Below, one piece after another: positions 26,432 to 35,800 of a stretch of 64,000 nucleotides of DNA. The DNA lies in the NCBI RefSeq assembly GCF_964021855.1, contig NZ_CAXHZD010000006.1, positions 18,213 through 82,212 of the forward strand. The letters run 5' to 3'. The stretch's first letter is position 1; every line of letters begins with the position of its first letter. The notes beneath the pieces were generated by a model, which saw only the letters and a program-made list of their open reading frames with translations, was not told the DNA's origin and made no database searches. The position numbers and the translations under genes are program-made. This DNA is from an uncultured Sulfitobacter sp. GTDB lineage: Bacteria > Pseudomonadota > Alphaproteobacteria > Rhodobacterales > Rhodobacteraceae.

Positions 26432-28582
26432 ATGGCCGGTTCGCTATTCTCTCCTTCGTGGTACAGGGTCAAAGACCTGAAGCCGCGGCTGCGCAGACAT
26501 GTGAACATCCATCGTCATGATTACCGTGGCCGTATCTGGTTTATCCTTCAGGATCTGGCCACGGGTCGGTCACACCGATTTTCACCTGCCGCCTATCGCA
26601 TGGTCGGGCTGCTTGATGGCAAGCGCAGCTTGGGCGAAGTCTGGGACATCGCAAACGAACAGCTGGGCGAGCGCGCACCGACCCAAGACGAGGCGATCCG
26701 GCTGCTGGGGCAGCTTCATTCAGCGGATGCTTTGGTCGCGGATGTATCCCCCGATAGTCGTGAACTGTTTCGCCGTCACCAACGTCACAAACGGATGGAG
26801 ATCAAACAAAAGATCTGGTCGCCGTTGGCGGTACGCATTCCAATCTGGGATCCCGACCGGTTTCTTACTGCAACGTTGCCTTTCGCGCGGCCGTTTCTGA
26901 CCAAAACCTTTGCGGTGATCTGGTTGCTGCTGGTGCTGACCGCAGGGGTGTTTGCGGTAATGAACATCGGCGCGTTAACCTCAAACCTTACCGACCGTGT
27001 GTTGAACCCCGGTAATCTGGCGGTCCTGTGGCTGGTCTATCCGGTGGTAAAGGCGTTCCATGAATTGGGGCACGGCTATGCCGTCAAGAAGTACGGCGGC
27101 GAGGTGCACGAGATCGGGATCATGTTTCTGGTGCTGATCCCTGTCCCTTATGTCGATGCGTCAGCGGCGTCGGCGTTTCGGGACAAACACAAGCGGATGC
27201 TTGTTGGTGGCATCGGTATCATGATTGAACTGCTGCTGGCCTCTATCGCCTTGTTTGTTTGGCTCAATGCTGAATCCGGTGCCGTGCATGCGATTGCCTT
27301 TAACGTGATGCTGATTGGCGGTATTTCGACGTTGTTGTTCAATGGGAATCCCCTGCTGCGTTTTGACGGCTATTACGTATTGGCGGATTGGATCGAGATC
27401 CCCAATCTCAGCGGGCGATCCACCAATTACCTGAACTACCTGATACAGCGATATTTGTACGGGATGCGCGACGCAGACCAGATTACATCGCTGCGGTCCG
27501 AGCGGGTATGGTTCGTTTTCTACGGCATAGCAGCGTTCATCTATCGCATGTTCATTATGTTCGCGATTATCGCCTATATTGCCGGCCGCTTTTTTATCAT
27601 CGGGGTGGTGCTGGCCATATGGGCCGCGACCACACAGCTTTTGCTGCCCATCGGAAAAGGGATTAAGTTTTTGTCAGGAAGTCCAAAGCTCCGTACCAAT
27701 CGGCCTCGGGCTATTATCACAACTGTTGGCATTATCGCGGTTATTCTAGCCGGGTTTTTCCTGATGCCGTTCCCGTCTTACAGCATCGTGGATGGCGTCG
27801 TTTGGCCCAGCCAACAAGCGCAGGTTAGGGCAGGGACCAACGGGTTCGTCACGAGGGCTGTCATTTCCACGGACCAACCGGTGGAACCTGACGATTTGAT
27901 GCTGCAGCTTGATGACCCTTTCATGCGCGCACGCCTTGATCTGATCGACGCGCAATTGGCCGGGCTTGAGATTCAGCGCAGCGCATTAATTCGCAGCGAT
28001 CGTGTGCAATCCGCCCTGATCGCTGAAGAAATCGACGTGGTATTGAGCGACCGCGCGCGCCTTGTTGACGAACTGGATGCGCTTGATATTCGGGCCCCCC
28101 GGTCTGGTATTGCCGTGCTGCCTAACGCCGCTGATCTGAAAGGTTCATTTATCGCAAAGGGCAGTGTTGTGGGCTATGTCGTGTCCCCTCAGGATACCCA
28201 GACCGTGCGCGCGATGGTAAGTCAGAACAACATCGATCTTGTGCGGAACGACACCCGTTCCGTCAGTGTCATCCCGGTGGAATGGAACCCCGAACCGCTG
28301 CAAGCTGAGATTTTGCGCGAGGTGCCGGGTGCCACGCAGCAATTGCCGACGCCCGCCTTGGGAACCGCAGGCGGGGGCAAGGTGCCTGTTGATCCGGGTG
28401 ATCCAAACGGGGTGCAGACGCTGGGACGTTTTTTTGAAATTGAAATCCTGATGCAATCTCCGTCCGACGATATCTTGTTGGGGCGGCGGGTTCGGGTCCG
28501 GTTTGATCACGGGTACACGCCGCTAGGGTTTCAGGCCTACCGGTCGCTGCGGCAGCTGTTCTTGAGGCTATACAATGTCTGA
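26432..28582 (+). CDS. Polytopic M50/site-2 metalloprotease fused to an N-terminal PqqD/RRE-like domain and a C-terminal HlyD-like periplasmic domain
   Basis: HELGH lies at nt 27059-27073 and a second S2P motif, NGNPLLRFDGYY, lies downstream. At least 7 hydrophobic helices are visible. The N-terminus YRGRIWFILQDLATGRSHRFSPAAYRMVGLLDGKRSLGEVWDIANEQLGERAPTQDEAIRLLGQLHSADALV looks like a PqqD-type winged helix. The C-terminus LDALDIRAPRSGIAVLP plus a short coiled coil looks like a membrane-fusion (MFP) domain. The gene starts 4 nt after the upstream stop. Confidence 0.9.
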   Translation: MAGSLFSPSWYRVKDLKPRLRRHVNIHRHDYRGRIWFILQDLATGRSHRFSPAAYRMVGLLDGKRSLGEVWDIANEQLGERAPTQDEAIRLLGQLHSADALVADVSPDSRELFRRHQRHKRMEIKQKIWSPLAVRIPIWDPDRFLTATLPFARPFLTKTFAVIWLLLVLTAGVFAVMNIGALTSNLTDRVLNPGNLAVLWLVYPVVKAFHELGHGYAVKKYGGEVHEIGIMFLVLIPVPYVDASAASAFRDKHKRMLVGGIGIMIELLLASIALFVWLNAESGAVHAIAFNVMLIGGISTLLFNGNPLLRFDGYYVLADWIEIPNLSGRSTNYLNYLIQRYLYGMRDADQITSLRSERVWFVFYGIAAFIYRMFIMFAIIAYIAGRFFIIGVVLAIWAATTQLLLPIGKGIKFLSGSPKLRTNRPRAIITTVGIIAVILAGFFLMPFPSYSIVDGVVWPSQQAQVRAGTNGFVTRAVISTDQPVEPDDLMLQLDDPFMRARLDLIDAQLAGLEIQRSALIRSDRVQSALIAEEIDVVLSDRARLVDELDALDIRAPRSGIAVLPNAADLKGSFIAKGSVVGYVVSPQDTQTVRAMVSQNNIDLVRNDTRSVSVIPVEWNPEPLQAEILREVPGATQQLPTPALGTAGGGKVPVDPGDPNGVQTLGRFFEIEILMQSPSDDILLGRRVRVRFDHGYTPLGFQAYRSLRQLFLRLYNV

Positions 28583-30569
28583 TCGCATGATCATGCGACC
28601 GGGTCTGTTGGGCGGCTTTTATCCGGAACGCAGTGATGAAAGGCTCAGCACGCCGGACCGGATTATGGCCAATGCCTATGGCCGTCTGCAGCAGGTTTTT
28701 GCGCGGCGTCCTGTCTCGAAACGTCTGTTCTTGAGGCGGGTAAAGCGGGAGGGTCACCAACTGCAAGACCTTAGCAACTCAGAATTAGCTGAGATGCGTG
28801 TTGCCTTGGCAGAAGACTTGCAACTGAACGGATTGGGACGTCAAAATACTGCTGAGGCATTTGCCCTCGTGCGCGAGGTATCAGGGCGCGTTTTGGGGAT
28901 GCGACATTTTGATGTCCAGCTGGTTGGTGGCCTGATCATGCTGCAAGGGCAGATCGCCGAAATGGCCACAGGCGAGGGAAAGACCCTGACGGCCACGCTG
29001 ACTGCCGCCGTTATGGCATTGTCCGGGGTGCCGGTGCATGTGGTTACGGTCAATGATTTTCTGGCCAGCCGCGATGCGGATTGGATGCAGCCGCTGTTTG
29101 CTTTCTTGGGACTTAGCGTTGGTGTGATCCTTGAGGATATGGACGTTGACGAACGCCGTGCCGCCTATGCCTGCGACATTACATATTGCACCAACAAGCA
29201 GCTCGCGTTCGATTATCTAAAGGATCGCCTGATCCTTGAGGCAGAAACGCGGCCCCTGCATATGGCACTTGAGGGGTTGTTGCATGATCGCGCGCGACGG
29301 GAAGAGGTCATGATGCGTGGGCTGTGCTTTGCCATCGTTGACGAGGCGGATTCTGTATTGGTGGACGAAGCGCGCACACCCCTGATCATCGCACAAAAGG
29401 GCGACGCGTCTGAGATGGAAACGATCTATCGCCAAGCGATCAACACCGCCCGAACCCTGCAAACGCCACGCGATTTCACCATGTCGGAACGTGACTTCCG
29501 GATTGATTTCACCGACCTTGGCAAAGCGCAGCTTAGACGGTCTACGCAGCAGTTGGGTGGTGTGTGGGCAACTGAAACCCACCGCGAGGAATTGGGCCGT
29601 CAGGCATTGTCGGCGTTATGGCTGTACAAGCGCGACAAACATTATCTGGTTCAGGACGAAAGCATTCAAATCGTCGATGAATACACGGGCCGTGTTATGG
29701 CAGACCGCTCTTGGGAACGCGGCCTGCATCAGATGATCGAGGTCAAAGAAGGTGTCGACATTTCGATGCGCCAAGAAACCTTGATCCGGATCAGCTATCA
29801 AAAGTTTTTTCGCCGATATATCCGCCTGTCTGGCATGACCGGCACCGCGCAAGAGGTCGCCGGAGAGTTAAGCTCGGTCTACCGGCTGCGCACGCGCAGG
29901 GTGCCCACGAATAAGCGGTCGCGTCGGTGGGACAAAGGCGAATACTGCTATGCCACGAGTGATTATAAGTGGCAGGCGGTTCTACGCGAGGTCGTTAGGA
30001 AGCACAAAAAGGGCAGGCCTATTCTGATCGGGACGCAATCGGTCGAGGCGTCGGAACACTTAAGCGGGCTGTTGACCCAGCAAGGGCTGCACCACCGCGT
30101 GTTGAACGCCCGCCAAAATGAAGCGGAGTCCGAAATCATCGCCCAAGCGGGTCTGACGGGTCGTATTACCGTTGCGACGAATATGGCGGGCAGGGGGACG
30201 GACATCTCGTTGGATGATACCACTCGTGCCGCTGGCGGCCTGCATGTCATTGCGACCGGGCGCCATGATGCCGCGCGCATTGATCGGCAACTGTACGGCC
30301 GCGCGGCCCGCCAGGGGGACCCGGGAAGCCACATCACCTTTGTGTCGCTCCAAGATGATTTGCTGCGCGTGTTCTACGGGAGCAAGTTAAAACCGCTGAT
30401 CGCGCTGACCTCGTGGGGCAGGGGGTGGGTGCCCGGATTTATCGCGCGCCCCTCTGTGAACCTAGCGCAATGGACCAGCGAAAAGCGGAACAGTAGGATC
30501 CGGCAAAACCTGCTAAAGGCAGATGACAGCCTTGATGAATTGCTTGCATTTAGCGGGCGCGGAGAATGA
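28575..30569 (+). CDS. SecA-like motor ATPase (664 aa): NBD1, shortened PPXD and NBD2 present; most of the helical scaffold, wing domain and C-terminal tail absent
   Basis: Motifs seen: MATGEGKTLTATL (Walker A, nt 28962-28985); IVDEADSVLVDEARTPLII (DEAD at 29340-29351); TVATNMAGRGTDI; GGLHVIATGRHDAARIDRQLYGRAARQGDPGS. As I remember E. coli SecA, these correspond to MRTGEGKT, DEVDSILIDEARTPLII, TNMAGRGTD and GRSGRQGD. Only about 75 aa follow motif VI. The start overlaps the upstream stop (ATGTCTGA). Confidence 0.9.
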   Translation: MSDRMIMRPGLLGGFYPERSDERLSTPDRIMANAYGRLQQVFARRPVSKRLFLRRVKREGHQLQDLSNSELAEMRVALAEDLQLNGLGRQNTAEAFALVREVSGRVLGMRHFDVQLVGGLIMLQGQIAEMATGEGKTLTATLTAAVMALSGVPVHVVTVNDFLASRDADWMQPLFAFLGLSVGVILEDMDVDERRAAYACDITYCTNKQLAFDYLKDRLILEAETRPLHMALEGLLHDRARREEVMMRGLCFAIVDEADSVLVDEARTPLIIAQKGDASEMETIYRQAINTARTLQTPRDFTMSERDFRIDFTDLGKAQLRRSTQQLGGVWATETHREELGRQALSALWLYKRDKHYLVQDESIQIVDEYTGRVMADRSWERGLHQMIEVKEGVDISMRQETLIRISYQKFFRRYIRLSGMTGTAQEVAGELSSVYRLRTRRVPTNKRSRRWDKGEYCYATSDYKWQAVLREVVRKHKKGRPILIGTQSVEASEHLSGLLTQQGLHHRVLNARQNEAESEIIAQAGLTGRITVATNMAGRGTDISLDDTTRAAGGLHVIATGRHDAARIDRQLYGRAARQGDPGSHITFVSLQDDLLRVFYGSKLKPLIALTSWGRGWVPGFIARPSVNLAQWTSEKRNSRIRQNLLKADDSLDELLAFSGRGE

Positions 30570-30580
30570 TGGAGACGATA

Positions 30581-31384
30581 ATGAAAACCCTTACACTGAC
30601 ATCCGCACTGGTGATCGCGCTTGGCAATTCGGCTGCCTTGGCCGGAGAATTTGACTGCCTGATGGACCCGTCTCTTGTGGTCGAGATCGGGAGCGCCGAG
30701 GCCGGGATCATCGAGAGCGTTTCGGTGCAAAGGGGGGATTTGGTCACCCAAGGGCAGCTTGTCGCAAAGTTGGAATCTGGGGCTGAACAGGTCGCCTTGG
30801 ATTACGCCCATGCGCGCGCAACCGACACGTCACCGCTGGAAATCGCGCAAAGCCGCATTGACCTGTTAGCCACCGAAGCACAGCGTGCCAAAGATCTGGG
30901 GGCCAAGAACCTAGTCCCGCAATCCATCGTCGATTCAGCCGTCAGCCAACATCAACAGGCGATCCTTGAACTGCGTCAGGCGGAATTTGAAAAACGGCTC
31001 GCTGCCTTGGATGAAACCCGCGTCGCCGCGCAACTGGCAAGACGTGACATTCATGCGCCCGTCGACGGGATTGTTATCACTCGCATGATTGGGCCCGGCG
31101 AATACGTATTTGCGCAAGCCCCGATTATCCAAATTGCCCGCATCGATCCGCTGCATATCGAGGTTTTTTTGCCCACTGAGCTTTTCAAAAACGTAAAGGT
31201 TGGCCAGATCGCCAAAGTCAAACCAGCAGCCCCCATCGGGGGAGAGTACGATGCCGAAGTGATTGTAATAGACCGCGTCTTTGACGCGGCAAGTGATACA
31301 TTTGGCGTGCGTCTGAGATTGGACAACCCCGAGGGAAAACTGGTTGCGGGCATTGATTGCAAAATCGAGATCGGCGGATTGTAA
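30581..31384 (+). CDS. Periplasmic membrane-fusion/adaptor protein (HlyD/RND-adaptor family) with a signal peptide
   Basis: The ATG at 30581 is preceded by GGAG with 6-nt spacing and yields MKTLTLTSALVIALGNSAALA. An alternative ATG at 30566 overlaps the SecA-like stop (ATGA). Lipoyl-like hairpins are AGIIESVSVQRGDLVTQGQLVAKLE and IHAPVDGIVITRMIGPGEYV, with a coiled coil between them. Confidence 0.85.
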   Translation: MKTLTLTSALVIALGNSAALAGEFDCLMDPSLVVEIGSAEAGIIESVSVQRGDLVTQGQLVAKLESGAEQVALDYAHARATDTSPLEIAQSRIDLLATEAQRAKDLGAKNLVPQSIVDSAVSQHQQAILELRQAEFEKRLAALDETRVAAQLARRDIHAPVDGIVITRMIGPGEYVFAQAPIIQIARIDPLHIEVFLPTELFKNVKVGQIAKVKPAAPIGGEYDAEVIVIDRVFDAASDTFGVRLRLDNPEGKLVAGIDCKIEIGGL

Positions 31385-31471
31385 ACGCGAGGCTGACAGC
31401 GTCTCTTTATAGAGTTTTAAGGATCACGGTGAGACAGTTCGTTGTTTTCCCGCAAGGCTGCCATATTCGCC

Positions 31472-31654
31472 TTAAATTCTTGCGCCGGTATATTGTTTGG
31501 TAAAAACCTGAATGCAAGCAACTCCGTCCTGCTCCCACAGCAAGGTCCCCTGTACGATACCGTAATTCCCAGTCCGCACACAGGCTATCTGTTCTTTTGA
31601 AGCCGGTTTCGCATCGTGAGATGCCTTCCATAGATTCACATTTTGGTGGATCAT
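31472..31654 (-). CDS. Hypothetical small protein (60 aa)
   Basis: The ORF has a good SD (AGGAG 8 nt upstream of the ATG, read from the reverse complement of nt 31655-31670). I recognise no family. It sits in an AT-rich islet. Confidence 0.3.
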   Translation of the reverse strand: MIHQNVNLWKASHDAKPASKEQIACVRTGNYGIVQGTLLWEQDGVACIQVFTKQYTGARI

Positions 31655-31823
31655 CTTCTAAACTCCTGTTTCGCTCGGTCCATTGTTGCAGGATTTTCTA
31701 ATAAATCTCGCATTCGGAAGGCTAATTTTTATATGCTTTCGGATAGGCCTGCCCACGGGTCGACCAACAATATTAGCAGTGAGTGTGTTCACTCCGGATG
31801 AATTTCCAGCGGTTCTGCATTGC

Positions 31824-32552
31824 TCAGCTATTATTACGCGAAAATATATTGCTTATATGAGCGTCGAATTCATTCCAGGTAATCACAGCGCGATTTCCAG
31901 CATTTCCATGATAATATGAGCGTCCGGTTGACGTCGGAAATCCTGCCCAGATGCGTGCGAGGTTTTCCATAAACTGGTGCCTGCTGATCTTACCTTTGAG
32001 GAAAGCACTAAATCCAGCGTCTTCAAGCAGGATATCCGCCAGGCGATCCTGAACCTGAGGTGTAAAGCGTGTATCGTGAGACAGGCCCAGCTCATGCACG
32101 AGGTTTCTCAATGTGAGGGGGATGAACTGGTATCGGCCAATTGCGTGCTGCTGGCGTGGTGTGTCATCAATCCATTGATAAATCTCACCTATCGTCATCT
32201 GGGTAGGTAATGCTGATGGTTTAACCTTTGCTCCGTATTGCACAGCATCATACCCATGGGGCCCTGCCTCAGCCAGGCCAATAAGACTTTTCAAATATGT
32301 AGCGGAGCTGGAGCCATCACTGTCAGGCGCTACAAATGAGCTTTCCTTCTTAGTGTTCTTGGCGGGAGTGACATTGAGATGAATACGGCTACTTGGCTGA
32401 TTAGGCAGGAATGAGAATTCTAAGTTACCACTGTTTATCAGGTCGCTCGTCGCGAAAGAAGCGGTGTCAGCTTGAACCGTCTCCCCGACCAATAAAGCAA
32501 AGAGTGGTAAGGCGATAATTGCTTCTCTAAAATTCATCTTTTTGGTCTCCAT
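31824..32552 (-). CDS. Secreted lysozyme-like enzyme resembling phage lambda R / GH104 lytic transglycosylase
   Basis: The signal peptide is MNFREAIIALPLFALLVGETVQA. The likely start is the ATG at 32537, with GGAG 9 nt upstream. Core motifs are LAEAGPHGYDAV...IGRYQFIP...FTPQVQDRLA...ARIWAGFP. From memory, lambda R has WSEG..GYDV..GRYQLL..FSPKSQD..IWASLP. Confidence 0.7.
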   Translation of the reverse strand: METKKMNFREAIIALPLFALLVGETVQADTASFATSDLINSGNLEFSFLPNQPSSRIHLNVTPAKNTKKESSFVAPDSDGSSSATYLKSLIGLAEAGPHGYDAVQYGAKVKPSALPTQMTIGEIYQWIDDTPRQQHAIGRYQFIPLTLRNLVHELGLSHDTRFTPQVQDRLADILLEDAGFSAFLKGKISRHQFMENLARIWAGFPTSTGRSYYHGNAGNRAVITWNEFDAHISNIFSRNNS

Positions 32553-32689
32553 TTACCCATGTTTGTTAAGGAGACCATGCCGCTTTCCGGCTATATTATC
32601 ATGTGCGCAAACAGCCATTTTATGCTGCAAAAGTATAGGCATATCATCGCTTAGTATACGCCGGAGCCCCAATTGGATTGGTCAGGTGT

Positions 32690-32800
32690 CTATTCGATGT
32701 AGGGCGACGCCGTAGATACGCTTGCTGCGTGGCCCTTCTCGCTGACCTGTGCCACAGCGTCCTTTTTGAACTCATCCGTAAATCGAATTACCTTGTTCAT
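32690..32800 (-). pseudogene. Fragment of an IS3-family transposase OrfA (N-terminal HTH region), 36 codons then decay
   Basis: The reverse-strand translation is MNKVIRFTDEFKKDAVAQVSEKGHAASVSTASPYIE*, preceded by AAGGAG. RFTxEFKxxAVxxV is the typical opening of IS3-family OrfA proteins. I found no continuation or OrfB. Confidence 0.4.
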
Positions 32801-32893
32801 ATCCGTCTCTCCTTGGTTCCAAAATTACCAAGCAAAGCGTCTATCAATCTAGGGGCACCTCAGGGCAGAGAACTACAGGCAACGGAGGATGAC

Positions 32894-35800
32894 TTATGTG
32901 CCGAGAAACTGATCCAACTGGTCCCAAAGGGAGTTGTCGAGTAATAAGTTGAATCGGAAATAGAAACCTTCCTGATACAGGTCAGCTGACCGAGCGGTCT
33001 TTCCTTTGGCCTTGTTGTACCCGATGGCCAGCATGGTGCCCTTGGTTGGGACAAACCCAAATTCGGCACCCAGCCCGTTGGTCGTGTTGCCAGCATCATC
33101 CCAAAGGTGCGCCGCGTTTATGCCTATCTGAAAGCGGTCATCAGCGAACTCGTAGTTCACCCCGGCCTGCAGCAATTGTGTTGTTGAAGCAGCCGAATTG
33201 CTGTCGCCGACGTGGGCTTTTTGGTGCTGACCCGCATATTTGCCATTCAGGCGTAGATCGGAACCTGCTTCGTAAGCAGCATCGGCGGACCAAAGATGGC
33301 TTTCAGTTGTACTGTATTTCTCCTCGAGGCGGTGCTCATACCAGGCGAGAACTTCCAGTCGCGGGTCTGATAGCGGGCGGTATGCTCCACCAAGCCGAGT
33401 ACGCATTCGCCGTTGATTTTGTCCATTGCGTTGATCCAGTGCAATTCGGCTCCGACCTAGGACGGTAATTTCGGGTGTGATCTGACCGGCAAGGCCAAGG
33501 CTTGCATAATAGGTGTCGCCTGAGTTTTCGAACGTTGCATCGAAATCCGCATCGCCAACCCAGCCGCCATCGCCGGAGTCCCATTTCACCCCGACCGCGG
33601 TGCTTGTTAGCTCGCTCTCGTTGGTTTCCATCGAGCGCGAGTGTTCGATTCCAAGGCTAAGCGAAGTAGCTTTGTTCAGCTTGAAATCGGCGTCGACGGC
33701 TTGGGTCAGAACGGTATCTGTCTGCCACCCCCCATTGCTTAGTTCCGTCCGACCGCTAACCCATTCGTTCAGCGTGAAGGTAAAGCCATGCGTCGCGCGA
33801 GACATCACGTTTTTGTCGTCAAACCGCAGTTCGTACTCGCCATGGACACGCCAACCTGGCGCGGCTTCGCGGTACATGCCCAATGTTAGTTCTATTGGTG
33901 CATCGCCGGCACTCAATGGATGCCTAAGTTGCGCTTGTATCACGGTATTTGGGCGGTCTTTTGGCGTCCAATGTGTGCCAAGAACGAGTGACGTTTGGTT
34001 TTTGGAAGCACCCTGCAAACGGTCATAACGATACTCAAGCCCGATATCGCCACGCAGATATTTGCTAAGCTGCCGTGTGTATAGCGCTTCAACGGACACC
34101 CGATCAGTATTATTGATCCGGTCACGTACCAATTCGGCTCCGAGCTCGATATCGCTTAACCGGTCGATCTCGTACCCGTAGTTCAGCCGCGCCTGGGTTG
34201 TGCCAGAACGTGCCAGACTGCCGCGCGCCAGAAAGTTTGTTCCGGTGTGAACTGTCGTAAGACTTAGGCGCTGTCGTTCGGTTTGGATTTCGTATGATAG
34301 GCGGGCGGCACCGGCTATTTTGCCGTCAGGGTCTTCAGAACGTGCAACTTCCGCTTCCCAGATGGCACCGAACTTGTCTTCGTGACGAAGATAGCCAGAC
34401 TGCAACCGTTCACGGGATGGGTTTCCGGTTGGCGCATCGGCATGGACAGCACGTGCACCGATGGTGGTACGCTCGCCCAAAGCATAGTTCACTTCGCCAC
34501 CATATAGCCAATAGGTCTCGGACCCTGCCGTTTCCACCTCATATGTTACGCGGATCGAAACGAGATTGCCTTCCCGATCAAACTGACGGACGGGCGCGTT
34601 GAAAGTGATTGTATTGCGAAAAAAGTCGAGAATGTAATCCGTGCCGCGGCGCATAGAGGTTGAGGACAGAATATCGCCGCCCTGTTTGTCACGAACGAGT
34701 ATTTCGACTCGTTCAGTCCCCTGAACATAGCTGCCTAGTTCCAGATCATATGGGCCTGAAACACCACGCCCTCGTATTTCTTGCACCTTCTGCTCTTGCG
34801 CAGTGCGCGCGCCAAATACCGTGACAGATACCTTGTCGTTTTCCCAGTGGGCCTTGGCTCCTGTCGCTACGCGGCGCATGCCGTCCAGTTTCAGCGCACT
34901 TGCTTCGGGTTCAGTGGCGATATCACCGTAAAGAATATAGGATCTACCCTTCTCGACCTTTACGAAGAGGTTACCCGATGATTGTGCGTCTTGGCCGCGT
35001 TCGGAGCTATCGCCATACACTGGGTAGTATTCATCGCCACGAACGTCGCGGAACAAACGATCTTCGGTATCACGATCCGAGCGGTAGCGCAGGGTCAACA
35101 ATGCGTCTCCACGGATCGCACCTTTCAGATACATTTCGCCGCGCAGGCCCGTTGCTGTATCTTCAAACGAACTGAAGCGGTCTTTATCCAACAGCGTGCC
35201 GCTGTTTTGACCCAGCGATACTGCCCCTTCGATGACGCCGATTAGGACGCGTTCTTGAAGATCGGGAGTAAAGGTAACGGCGACTTCGGCGGTGCCAAAG
35301 CTGCCAGTCACAGTAATGAGGTCTTGCCCCGCAATCTGTGGGGGAATTATGCCGAAAGTCGCCTCGCCATTGTCGAGGTAGGCCTGAACACCGGGGGTGC
35401 CAGGGCGAATGTCGGTGACGTCCCAAAGAGCACGGCGGGCACTTAGTGTCACCGTACCTGAGGCAGGCACCGGTAATCCGCGGGCATCCAAAACACGCAC
35501 AACAACAGGCACAATGGAAGCCGGCGAAGCAGCGGCCTTTTCGGGCATGATGATCTCGAACTTTGAGGGCTTACCGGGGGCGATCAGCTTGATTTCTTTG
35601 CGCATTCGTTCAATGCCGAAACCGTCTTTACCGATCAGGGTCAGGGTGTTTTCGCCCGCGTTCAACTTGACAGCAGTGAATTCCATCGCCTGAACATTGG
35701 TCTCTTCCCACTTGGTACGCTCCCCGATCCGGTCCGAGCCTAGCGCGCGCCCGTTAAGCAATAATGCTAAGGTTAAGTCAGCTTTCCCTTTGACGCGAAT

